From Podarcis pityusensis (lineage: Eukaryota), in assembly GCA_964106645.2 (NCBI GenBank), contig OZ067044.1: a stretch of 64,000 nucleotides of DNA. One strand, given 5' to 3'. Numbering within the stretch: position 1 is the first letter of the stretch; the number at the start of each line of letters is the position of its first letter. Positions 38,093 to 50,722 of the stretch are shown piece after piece. The notes beneath the pieces were generated by a model, which worked only from the letters and a program-made list of their open reading frames with translations, was not told where the DNA came from and did not search any database. The position numbers and the translations under genes were made by a program.

Positions 38093-38958
38093 AGTACTAA
38101 CAGAGCCATCACAAAAGGTAACAAACCTGAATGCAAAATCAGATGCTCAATAAAGAAGAGACGTTGTTAGGACTGGCCAATGTATTGATACATCGCCCAG
38201 GACGGGTTTGAGAGCCAGAGCACAATGGTATCTTCACCTGGTGGTATATATGGCACCTTCACCATATATACGGAGGCAGTTTCACCCCAGTGCCTCACAT
38301 GGCTAGGCCTAATGCAGCTTGTCCCTCGCTCCGCTTTTCAACATGGCAATGTATCACTATATCACAATGTCTGGTTGGTGATACATGGCTATGTTGAAAA
38401 GCTGGTAATGCCCAACCCTAGACATTGTATGACCTCCACGTAAGCTTTGTACAAGCATATCAGGCAGTAAGACTGAAGAAAGGCATGGATTAGATAGATC
38501 TCTGAGAACTGTGAGACAGTAACAGTTATTAGGAATTTCTGCAGATGTGAACCTTGAGTGCAAATAACACAAGAGGAAAGTTAAGAACATGAAACAAAGC
38601 CCACTCCAATAACCAGGTAGGATAAGGATCAGAAGGAGCTACGGTGCTGCTCAGATCTGAAAGGGTGGCAGGGATGGTGTCAGCCAGCAACATAGTCACA
38701 GTGGCTCAAAGAGAGAGAGGTGGCTGCCACTAGACTTATCCTAAGATGATTTATTTAAAATATGTCCTAAATTGAAATACAGTATTTATTTGAAACAATA
38801 AAGTAATTGCTTCATTATGTATGGACCCCAAAATACCATATCTCTTTAAATATTTGTTATAAAAAGCATAAGCAGGCTTTCTCTAGGTTTTGTCATGCAA
38901 TAATAGAATACTGAATATTGAATAAAGGAAACCAAAGTCTTGACATTTATGTACTCAC

Positions 38959-41382
38959 CTGATGAATTGCTGCCTCCTCCGTAACTGTGTTAGAATCACC
39001 TATAACTAACAAAGGGCCTGGCTTATCAGGAGCCTGTTGTGGTGTGAGAGTATTGGTACAGCTTCCAATTGGGAAAAATATCTGGCTTTTTCGAGAGCCT
39101 GAAGTAAGTGAAACCTCATGGCAATAAGACTGAAGAAATGCCCGGACTCCATCAATCCCCACAAATTGAGAGATGGGAGCACCATCAAAATGCACACTTC
39201 CATTGTCACATAGCTGAGAATTTTTCCACCTGCGAAGTTTGAGTGCCAGTAACACAAGGAGGAAGGCGAGGAACAAGCAGGAGACAAAAGCCACTGCAGT
39301 CACCAAGTAGAAGGTGAGATCGGACTGTGGGTCTTCAGATACTGGGACGCTGCTCAGATCAGTCAGCATGTCAGGGATGCTGTCTGCCAAGACCACAGTG
39401 ACAGTGACTGATGCCGACATTGGAGGCTGCCCATTGTCCTTCACTAAAACCACCAGGCTTTGCTTGAGAGCATCTTTCTCCAGAAAGAAGCGGGCCGTCC
39501 TGATCTCTCCCGTGTGGAGCCCCAGAGTGAAGAGCCCTGGCTCAGTGGCCTTGATCAGCTGGTAGGAGAGCCAGGCATTCTGGCCAGAGTCCGCATCCAC
39601 GGCCACCACCTTAGTGACCAGGTAGCCTGGCTCAGAGGAGCGAGGGGCCAGCTCTATCCCTGTGGAGCCATCAGTGGGAGGGGAGGGGTACAGGATTTGG
39701 GGAGCGTTGTCATTCTGGTCCAGGATGAAGAGAGTCACTGAGACGTTGGAGCTGAGTGGTGGAGAACCTCCGTCCTGGGCCTTGACTAGGAACTTAATTT
39801 CCTGAAACTCTTCATAATCAAAGGAGGTCAAGGCATAAACAACCCCAGTTTCAGAATTAATGGAGAGGTATGAGGAGAGAGGGGATGTGCTGATCTGACT
39901 TTCAGTGATGGAATATACTATTCTGGAATTCTCTTCCCAGTCTGCATCACTTGCTTTCAGAGAAAAGACTGAGGCACCTCTTGCATTATTTTCTAGGAGA
40001 TAAGAGGTGTAGGCTGACTGTAAAAAGAGTGGGGGGTTGTCATTTGTGTCTAACAGCTGCAGTGAAATAATTGCAGAGGTTGATAATGTTGGAGTCCCAT
40101 TATCAGTTGCTGTAACAGGGATATCATAGGTCGCCACTTGTTCCCTATCAAGGGCTCTGTCTGTCACTAAAGTGTAAAAATTGTCCATTGTTTTCTTTAG
40201 TTGGAAAGGAAGGCTATTGGGAATTGAACACATAACCTCCCCATTGACTCCTGAATCTTTGTCTTGGACATTTAAAATGGCAATGACAGTTCCAGTTCGT
40301 GAATTCTCAGGGACAGAGTTGAGTTCAAAAGTTATTGTTATTTCAGGTGTGTTGTCATTCAAGTCTGTAACAAGGATCACAACCTTTGATCTGTCACTTA
40401 GACCGCCCCCATCCATGGCTTGCACCTCAAATTCATATAAGGATGATTCCTCAAAATCAAGATTCCCAGTAAGGATGATTTCGCCAGTTGTGGAATTTAA
40501 CAGAAACATTTGGGAGTCCCTTTTTGTGATTTGTTGGATAGAGTATTTTATATCTCCATTGATTCCTTCATCCATATCAGTCGCTCTCACTGTAGAAAGT
40601 GTGGACCCCTTGGGAATATTCTCATTGACACTCACTTCATAAAGAGGTTGACTGAAAACAGGTGCATTGTCATTTGCATCAAGAACAATGATGTGGATTT
40701 GTACTGTGCCAGACCTGATGGGATCACCTCCATCAGAAGCTGTGAGGAGTAGATCATAATCTGGTTGCTCTTCCCTGTCCAGAAGTTTCTCCAATAACAA
40801 CTCAGCACGTCTGACACCGTTCTGTCCTGTTTTTACATGCAAAGAAAAATGGCTACTGCCTGTGAGTTGGTAGCTCTGTATTGAATTTATCCCCAGATCC
40901 GGATCCTGAGCTTCAGGAAGAGGGAAGTGGGACCCAGGTGTAGACATTTCACTGATTTTTAGTTCCCATCCATTCAACAGAAAGAAGGGAGCATTATCAT
41001 TTATATCCATGATTTCTACTTCAACAACATAAAGCTTTAAGTTGCTCTCAGCAATAACTTGAAACTTTAAGATGCACATTTCTGCCCTTCCACAGATTTT
41101 CTCTCTGTCTATTCTCTCAGAGGTTTGTAAATGGCCAGTATTGAAATTCAGTTCAAAATACTGAATCATACCTGTACTAGTTACAATGCGGAGTCCATGG
41201 TCCAAAAGCTGCTTCCGATCTATCCCCAAGTCCTTTGCAATATTCCCCACAAATGAGCTTTTCTGCATCTCCTCTGGAATGGAGTAGTGGATCTGTCCAG
41301 AAACTGCCTTCCAAATATTCACCATTACAAGGCATTGTATGAGTATTTCTTTGTAACTCCAAGGCCTCTGTTTTTCTTCCAT
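38959..41382 (-). CDS. PCDHGA: Protocadherin gamma-A-like variable exon 8
   Basis: ORF 38947..41382 has gamma-A signatures ([48 protein letters not shown]). Donor CAG|GTGAGT at 38959/38958 gives 808 codons. Confidence 0.95.
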
Positions 41383-41554
41383 TTCCTTCCACGAAAAAGA
41401 ATACTACTAGTTCTTGTTCAAATAGCTTTTATCTGTCCTTTTTTATTTTTAAAGCAAAACCTGCATCATTTTGTTCCCTGAACTGTCAGTTCCATCCCAG
41501 CCTATCTGCAAGAATGGGCAGGCTGGATCGCTCCATGTGTTAGTCTGCTGGATT

Positions 41555-41595
41555 GGTGAACAGCGACACCCAGAGTCACAGTGAGAAAATGCAGG
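41555..41595 (-). promoter_or_regulatory. CSE/CTCF-type site for exon 8 (CGCT intact)
   Basis: CTGCATTTTCTC..CTCTGGGTGTCGCTGTTCACC. Confidence 0.85.
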
Positions 41596-42879
41596 TGCTT
41601 CACACTAGAGTTGCAATCATTCTGCTTTTCATCATGATTTTTTTTCCTGCTGCTTATGCAGAGGTTATTTGATTCAACGTAATAGGACTATATTGCTGCT
41701 ATTCAATTACCATTATTTTCCAGGACAAACAGTTCTGTGTGCAAGGTGTACAGTAATATATATGAATGGTGATGTTGTTTTCTAAGGTTCAGGTGTCCTC
41801 AGATGGTGCCAACATTATAGCGGACTAACAAATTAGCGTCTGTTGCTATATTAAAAATGGGAGAAAATTATTTGCATTTGCATTGATGGGGGAAGGGGAT
41901 TGCTGATTATCTTACACTTAGGAGGCCTAGGGTTTTCTCTTTTTATTCTTGTTTTTGAACTTAAAACAACAACCCCACACTGGTCACGGTGGTGTGAGGC
42001 TCTCTCTCTACAGCTTCTCAGCGGCTGCATTTTTTGGGAGTGATGGAATGCAACATAGTGTTGTGCCATTCCCAAGGCATTCCAAGAAGTGCCTCCTACA
42101 AGAAACGGGAGAGTGCGTTGTGACAATTCCCTCCGGCTACACTTCCTGCAGTGCCATAGGTGATACATGAAATGATGTAGGATCACCTCCCCAAGGCATT
42201 CCAGGAAGTGCAGCTGATGGGAAGTGGCAAAGAGAGCCTTGCACTACTGCTAGCAGTGTGCAATTTTTTAAAAAAATGTGAAAAAGCAAGAAAAAAGGGG
42301 GCGAGAACCTTCAACTACCTCATAAAGTTAGGTAAGGTAAATGAAAACTTCCCTAAACACTTTGGTGAAATTTCCATTCCCTCTACCTTAACAAGAGTGA
42401 TTTTTCTTTTTGGGGCGTGGGGGCATTGGAGCAATTAGAAGTGGTGAGCAATTAAATAAAAAGCTTCATAAAATTAAGTCTTAATTTGGCACATATATGC
42501 AAGTCTTCAAAGATTTGTGCCTTTCTCTTCTGTCACAGCTCACCTATTCTCTGAAGATGAGGGCATTCAGAGGAGTGCCTCAGAAGCAGATGTCAGTACT
42601 CAGGTAGGATCATATAGGATTCCTCAAGACTCCTTTCTCTCTCCAACTTGCATCTGTTTCTCAGACACCTCTGCATTCCCATTTGGTGCCCCAGGTTCTT
42701 AAGTCTTCACACTGAAGTGTCTTTATTATTTTCAGAGAAGTGGAATTGTTGTGTCAGCTGATATTCATTAACCGATTTAAGTTGTCCCTCTTCAACCAAG
42801 AAAGTAAATGTAAAGAATCGAATGTCAATTTAAAGAAAGGCTACAACTGTATATCACATTCACCCCAGCAGTGTAGGTA

Positions 42880-43009
42880 AAAAAGGTAAACGGACCCCTG
42901 ACCATTAGGTCCAGTCATGACCGACTCTGGGGTTGCGGCGCTCATCTCGCTTTATTGGCCAAGGGAGCCAGCATTTGTCCGCAGACAGCTTCCGGGTCAT
43001 GTGGCCAGC
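42880..43009 (-). mobile_element. 5'-truncated Sauria SINE
   Basis: Reverse complement of the SINE 3' end. 15-bp TSD CCAGC(A/G)GTGTAGGTA (42865-42879 / 43005-43019) overlaps the truncation point by microhomology. Confidence 0.9.
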
Positions 43010-45170
43010 GGTGTAGGTACCTTCTTCTAAACTGAAAGGAGAGTCCATCTTGCCTTGTCTGCCTCCTTTAGGCAGCTCCACTCCGACTTCGATCTTTGGT
43101 TTGGTCCTAAGGCTGATCCATTTGCTGCCCATTTGTGGATCAGAAGATTAATGGCCATTGGTTGTCACAGGCCATTAAACATCTGGGATCAAAACCTCCT
43201 CCACTCAGGACCCATGGTTCCTTCATTTCCTTAGTGAGTGTCTCCAGTAAGCTTTCTTTCATGGAACACTTCAGTTTCTTCCCTCCCTTATTCTGTAGTT
43301 GCACATTACAACTTGCTATAATCAGTTCGGTATACCACAGTACCAAACCGACCTAATCGAAGCATCTGCCCCACAGTTAAGGCAGTGCCATGCAGGTAAC
43401 AAAAATCCTTCCACTGTGATCAATCTGATCAAATGATTATGTACCTTCCAACATTTCTCCGATGAAAATAGGGACATGCCTCCTGGCCACCCAAAAGACT
43501 TACCAGCTAATCCTAGGTGGATGGACTCTCTGACGGGACTGGGAGGAAGTCTGTCCAACAGCCTACTTCAGCCAGATCCAAAGAAGGCTTCCCCACAAGA
43601 CAGAGCTTGGGCCTAGTCTAAACCGTCTCATCTTCATTTACATGTGGGCAAAGATGCCCTTCCCTTCAGCAAGAGGGGGAATTCAACGGGACTTGCTCCT
43701 AGGTAAGTGTGAATAATCTTTCATTTATTTAGGGTGCTTCTCAAAGCTGAATTCCAAAAACAAACTGAAGTTGGCTGAGCATTTTCTTGAGCTTTAAATC
43801 TGACCTCCTCAGAGTGGCTGTTGGGAGGCCCAAACGGTGTAACGGCGGATCTCAAGCATGAAGTTAAAAACATATAATCATCTAGTTATTATAAGTTATT
43901 ATGGGGGGGAAAGGTGTTGGTACTCACCATGAAGTTGTTACAATAAGTGCCACACTTTTAACATTTGACAATAAAAAGGTGCCGGTACTGCATACACTTG
44001 AGTATCCCCAGAAAAGAAAGCACTCCTTTTATATATAAAAAATTATCATCAGTGGGCCTGCATCTTGGCTACAATTCTAAGAGCAACTATTAGTGTTTCC
44101 AAAGGCACATCCAATGGAAAGTTTGACCTTTTTTTAGCTGAACAGTCATTCCAGTCCATGCCTACCCTGCCCCTTGCTCATGCCGTATCATAAACTGTTT
44201 ATGATACTCCTATCAGGGTTTTTTTTAAAAGAAAGCTTGTCATCTGAGTGACGGGGTGCATCAGAAGCACAAAATCCAAACCTCCTTCGGACGTGCAGAA
44301 CTACTCATGCTCTTACCAAATAAATTAAAGTATATAGAGTAGAGTACATTAGTCCCATTCACAATCCACAGAACAAAAAATTAAATTAAATGTATCTAAA
44401 GGAAGACATCAAAAACTGTCAAGACTTGCGTGAATAGCACTGGTTAGATTCATTCCGTCTTACACTGCAGAATCAATTCACAAGCATTCAAATGTGTCTA
44501 CTTCAGAAGTGTGTTAAATTCTGTCCTCCAGTATGATGGAACAATGAAAGTTAATTGCCCACTTTTCTTATTTCAAATTAGGTTTCGTTTTCAACTTTAC
44601 AAGCATATTGCTTACATAGAATGCAATCCTTTTATTTGATTTTGGCACCTGTCATACCTTTTGTTTGTAGAGTGTCATACACATGTTTTACATTTATTCT
44701 TATTTTGCAGGATTTATATACCACTTAATTGTGAAAATTTCTAAGCAATTTACAAAAACATAGATAGCACTATATAAAAATAGTAAATAATTTATATTTT
44801 CTATAAATACAGTCAGCTTGAAATTTCTTCATTTTAATAAAATAGTTTCACCACATTCCCCCACCCCCCATTCCTCAAGTTAGAAGTTATTGAGAGATTG
44901 ACTGCTGCCTGACTTTAAAACTGCTCACAATACCAACAGCATCATAGTACATTAAATCACAGCATGTGGCCAAACAGTAACTAAGAGGACAATCTTATGC
45001 TCCCCTAGGAGGGAGGAGCTTTAGGATTCTGTGAAACTTTCTGGGTTGACAGAGAGGGAGGTCCACTGCCAAAGATCCCCTTGTGCCAGAGACCTGCCAG
45101 AGAAGCTCTGTGCACAGTGTAGGACAAAATAATCATTCCTACATGTTCTGTGTGGCAGGGCCCACAATGA

Positions 45171-45910
45171 TAAGAGATCATTGTGGACTTTAGGAAATGT
45201 AAACTGAATATTCAGCGACTTATTATTGAGGGGAAGTGTGTGGAACAGGTCTCGGTGTTTCGATTTCTGGGAATGGAGTTGAGAGACGACCTAACCTGGG
45301 GAGAAAACAGCAAAGACCTGATAAAGAGAGCACAGCAGAGGTTACATTTTCTGAGAATCCTCCAGAAAAACAATCTCTCAAAGGACCTGTTGATGGCTTT
45401 TTACCATTGCACTGTGGAGAGCGTATTAATTTATGGTCTGTGCGTGTGGTTTGGGAGCTGCATGGCCAGGGAAAAAACAATGCTATCCAGGGTTGTAAAG
45501 ACTGCGGAGAGAATAATTGGGTGCACTCTTCCCACCTTAAATCAAATCTATACTGCCAGGTGCCATAAGAAAGCGGCAGAGATAGCGCAGGATAGTACGC
45601 ACCCCAGAAATTATCTCTTTCAGCTTCTGCCTTCTGGAAGAAGGTATAGGGTTATAAAGGCCAGGACTAGCCACCTGAGAAACAGTTTCTACGCAAATGC
45701 AATTCTGGTTCTAAACGCAGCATAAGGGGTCTCTATAGTATAGTGTATTTTATATTATAGTGTATTTTATAGTATAGTATAGTATAGTATAGTATAGTAT
45801 AGTATAGTATAGCATAGTGTATTGTATTTTAAAATGGGGTTTCAGAGTTTTTAGAGGTTTTTGAATGTTTTATGTAGTTTTTCAATTTCATTGTTCTGTA
45901 TGGGACAATG
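45171..45910 (+). mobile_element. 5'-truncated Rex1/Babar-type LINE (C-terminal ORF and 3' UTR)
   Basis: Stop-free frame KEIIVDFRK...FRFLG...DLTW...AQQRLHFLR...FYHCTVES...LFQLLPSGRRYR...RNSF (track ORF 45183..45725), which is the post-RT tail of Rex/Babar elements. The 3' UTR contains (TATAG)n. Confidence 0.8.
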
Positions 45911-46327
45911 TATATCGTATAATTAAAATTTGAATTATTTCTATTGGAAGTGAATTCATATAAACATATGTACCACTTACAGCATATATTAAATTTAAAA
46001 AAGGATATGTAAACACTATATTTTCTAAATAAAGAATATTCATTCTGTTATCTGGTAATCACTCACCTTCACTTCTCCTAAATATATGAGCCATAAACGG
46101 CTACTCAAACATAGTAGAGGAAACCAACAGAGGTGAATAGAAAAACTCTACAAAAAAACCCCACTGGTGTATGACATACTGTGATTTGACAGCATCTGTT
46201 ATTACAGAATGATCCTTGCTTGCTTGAAATATAATATTCTTAAACTCACAATAACAGCAAGTAAATTCAATAAAATAAACTTATTGGATAAGTCAGCTTA
46301 CTATATAGTGCAGAAGAAAGAACTCAC

Positions 46328-48757
46328 CATGTCAGTATTCTCCTTTTCAGGAATTAAATTACCTCCACTGACCATCAAAGAAATGTCAGAGCTGCCATTG
46401 CAAAGGATGTTCTCTGCTATTTGGACAGTGGGCTGCAGGAATGTCAGCTCATTCCTCCTGGATTCAGAGGACAGACAGACCTGGTAGGAATAAGGCAAAG
46501 TTCCGTCCTCATAATTGGGTGGGAATATGGCACCAGCCTTTGAATGGGGGTCAGGAATAAAGCACTGAAGGAAAGTGGGGTTCCTTGACCTTCGAAGCTT
46601 CATCAGAATGGTCAGAATCACCGTCACCAGGAACAGAAAGGACACCAAGGTCAAGGCCAATACCAAATAAAACTGTAGATCAGACTGATACTCTGAGTCA
46701 TTTGGTTGGGAGTTCATTTCTGGAAGAGCCTCCTGGAAGTTCTCAGCAAACACCAGGCTCAAAGTTGTGGTGGCTGAGAGAGGAGGATGCCCATTGTCCT
46801 TCACCAGGATGACCAGCCTCTGCTTCACTGCATCTCTCTCAAGTAATGCTCGGACTGTTTGCACCTCTCCTGTGTGGGAGCCAATGCTGAAGAGTGAGGG
46901 CTCTGTGGCCTGCAGGAGATGGAAGGAGAGCCAGGCATTGTGTCCCGAATCAGAGTCCACGGCCACCACCTTCGTCACCAGATAACCCGACTCAGCTGAC
47001 CGAGGCACCATCTCAAAGAAAGGGGAGCCCTCGGTTGATTGTGAGGGGTACAGGATCTGCGGAGCGTTATCATTTCGATCCAAAACACATACGGTCACTG
47101 TGGCACTGCTATTGAGTGGTGGAGAACCTCCATCTTGGGCCTTCACTTGAATCTGAAACTCCCTGAACTGCTCATAGTCAAAGGAGCGTTGGGCATAGAT
47201 GATCCCGGTCTCAGAGTTAATGGAGACATAGGAGGAGAGAGGCAGATCCTTGATGTTGCTGTGAAGGATGGAGTAAGTGATTCTGGCATTGCGATCCAGA
47301 TCTGGGTCAGAGGCCTTGATGTGGAAAATTGAAGCTCCAGATGGATTGTTCTCTGGAACATAGGCAGTGTAGGAAGTTTTTTCAAAGGCTGGTGGGTTAT
47401 CATTGATATCTGAAATCTGTATTGATATGGTTTTGTGTGTGGAGAGTGGAGGTGAACCTTTGTCTGTGGCTGTGATTGTAATATTATACTCTGGAGTCCT
47501 TTCTCTGTCAAGGGCACCATCTATGAGGAGCTTGAAATAATTGTCTGAAGATGAGACTATCAGGAAAGGTACAAGTTCCTTCAGGTGACAGGTGACTTCT
47601 CCATTATCCCCAGAATCCCTGTCCTGAACTTTAATGAGAGCAATCACAGCTCCAGTAGTGACATCTTCTGGAACTGGGCTGGACACGGATGTAAGGATCA
47701 CATCTGGAGCATTGTCATTCTCATCAAGAACCTCAACCTCCACTTTGCAATGTGCTGCCAATCCTCCTCCATCACTTGCCTGAATTATCATCACATAATA
47801 TTGACTCTCTTCAAAATCAACACTTTCTATGAGTGCAATGGTTCCATCTCTGGGATCCAGATGAAATTTCTGCTCAGCTGTTTTTGAGATGTCACTGAAT
47901 GTATAAGTGATCTCAGCATATGACCCTTCATCACTGTCAGATGCTTTGACTTGAAGCACAGAAGTTCCTTTGGGTGCACTCTCCTTCAGGCTCACTTTAT
48001 AGATTGTCTGGGTGAAAACAGGAGCATTGTCATTAATATCAATAACTGTTACCAATATTTTGGCTGTTCCGGTTTTTGGAGGTTCTCCACCATCCATGGC
48101 TGTAAGGACCATGTGGTGCGTGTGTTCCTTTTCCCTGTCCAGTTGTTTCTGCAATATTAACTCTGCATATTTGCCACCATCATTGCTGTTTTGAATTTCT
48201 AGTTTGAAATATGGAGTTGAGCTCAACTGATAATTCTGGAGGGAGTTTATTCCAATATCATCATCTTCAGCATTTCCAAGAGCAAATCGAGTTCCTGGCA
48301 GAGTAGATTCACTAAATTTAAGCTCAACATTTTCATTCCGGAAATATGGGGCATTGTCATTAATGTCCTGGATAAAAATATTTACGTGGAAAATATTCAA
48401 AGGATTTTGTGCTACAACTTCTAATTTGAGGACACAAGTAGATGATTTACCACAAATCTCTTCCCGATCTATCCTCTCATTCACATACAGGTTGCCATTT
48501 TGTTCATTCAATTCAAAGAATTGCTTTTCTGAAGAAATACCAAGCTTGCGCTTTGACAGCTCTCTGACATCCAACCCCAGATCTTTAGCAAGGTTCCCCA
48601 CAAAGGAGCCCTGCTCTGCTTCCTCTGGAACTGAATACTGAACCTTCTCAGACACTACCTGGCAGCAGAACACAGACCAGAATATGAACAGAAACAGTAC
48701 TTGCCTCTTGGTGATCTTCCTTGTTCTCTTTGCCTGCTTTACTTCCATCACATCCAT
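46328..48757 (-). CDS. PCDHGB: Protocadherin gamma-B-like variable exon 9 (subfamily B3)
   Basis: ORF 46301..48757 has gamma-B signatures. Donor ATG|GTGAGT at 46328/46327. The start could be the second Met (MEVKQ). Confidence 0.95.
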
Positions 48758-48990
48758 TGCATTTCCTGATTTCTTCCTTCTTTCAGTATAGTTTGCAAGA
48801 CTCCCAGTACACTAATGTGAGATAGTACCAATACCGTTCTTTTGAGCTGATTCTTGGGAAACTGAGAGCTTTCCTTTCTTGAGCAGCTTTTAAAATAAAA
48901 GCTTTTCCTTTCTGCTCAGCTGATGCGTTAAGAGAGAGAGAGACTGCTCCAAGAGTCTCAGAAATGCTGAGCCATGGCTGCTCCCACGTT

Positions 48991-49030
48991 GTCCAACAGT
49001 GACACTCTGAGTCCACATGGGGAACTGTAT
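48991..49030 (-). promoter_or_regulatory. CSE/CTCF-type site for exon 9 (CACT variant)
   Basis: TACAGTTCCCC..CTCAGAGTGTCACTGTTGGAC. Confidence 0.78.
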
Positions 49031-50722
49031 TTGCCATTTCAATAATGGTACATAGTATATAATTTCTAATGTAGAGAACTGCTTTTAATTTATCCCTTTA
49101 CCATTGTTTTCAAGTTGTACCCCCCTCAATGGATTATTGATCAGACCTCATAGTTATTCACTCCATTAAGAACTCTTTTCTGTATGCAGGTCAACGAGAC
49201 CACAGTTCCAAATTTCTTTCTTCCATGTTTAATGTGCATTAAAAAAATCTAAATAATATTAAAAAACTATCACACGTGATTTTTTAATACATATTCCCAT
49301 CAGAGGTTCAGCTGGGTTGACCCACATCCTCCCAGCATACTTTTCATTGTCCAATTCACACATTAGTAGAACTTCAGGATAGTTCTTCTAGGACATTGTC
49401 AGAAATGGTCACCCAAACAACTTCCCCAAATTTCAGCAAGTTACCATTCATTGTTTTCTTTATGGGAACAAAAAACCCCCACATGCCTCATAAAATGTCC
49501 CCCAAATGCATCAATTCTTGCCACTGTAGTGTGTTTACAACTCCAACCATGACAGCATATTTTTAATAGAGAAATACAAGCGACATGTCACCAAAGAGCA
49601 CTGGAATCAAAACAGCTTACAGTCATGTGACAGAGGACTAAATAAACTTGCAGTCACACTTCCAGTGTGGCACCCATTGTAGCAGTGTGGAACTACCTAG
49701 AAGAACACACCTTTGGCTGAAGCTGTTTTCATTCATATTGCAGGGAGAAGGCAACACACGACACCTTCTCTGGGGTTCAAAATTCTACTCCTACCTTACA
49801 CTGGAAATCTCATTAAAATAGAAAATACCCCCCCAACCCCGTTTGTGTGTTGCTGCTGTAGTTCAATAGCGGATGAAGATTGCAAATTACAACGAGCATT
49901 ATGCAACCAATCTTACAATACAATTGCTTGTAAATTTCTTCCCAGTGTCCCCTCACCATTAAATCTCCTCATTTTATCATGCTAAAATATACCAACAGCC
50001 AAAATAACTCAGCCAATAAAAGGGTTAAGTAAATTCATTATTACTTTTTAAAAAAGAAGTCTTGTAGCAATGAGAATCTCAGTATTAGCTTACTGGTGGG
50101 CAGTTGGGTATGTAGTGGAAAGAGGTTATTGGTTGAAAGATGGGAATGAACACTTATTTGTCATAGGATACTTGGCCCTAGTTTTCATGGAGGCAGCATA
50201 ACTACAACTTACCAGTAGCAAGGCAGGTGAGGGCTCACATTTATATACTTATTTATTGATAGAGGTTTTTTAAACCACCCACTATTTGGAAGTGTACTAA
50301 AAATATGAAATAAAAGCCAAATACAACATACTAAGTTAAAACAATTAAGAATGCATTAAATCAGGAACTCACATGAAAATAGGATGAGCCTAGCCTTCTC
50401 CCTATCTCCTTTACATGATAGTTTCAATATGTAGTGAACTATGTTTTTTTATAGATGTGCACAAGATTCTGTGAGCCTCCACCAGCAGTCCAAAGTAAGA
50501 GACAAAGACAGATCATCTGATGCATTAAGATAAAGATTTGTTGAAAGAAGATACTTCACAGAAGGATCACATATAAAGTAATAACTAAAAGAAGGGGGAA
50601 CTGAAAGTAATAGAAAGAAGACTGACATAGTTGTGAATATAATGAAAAAGCAGAGGCAGACGAGAAATATATTCTGATATTAGCAAACAAAAAATCATGT
50701 TAATCTAAAATTATTTGCTCAC

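Noticed and set aside
43430-44025. Possible DNA-transposon (hAT-like) remnants
   Set aside because: They look repeat-like, but I could not establish paired TIRs or TSDs by eye.
45183-45725. 180-aa ORF as a host gene
   Set aside because: It has no true start (GTG within IVDFR) and is the C-terminus of a truncated LINE ORF.
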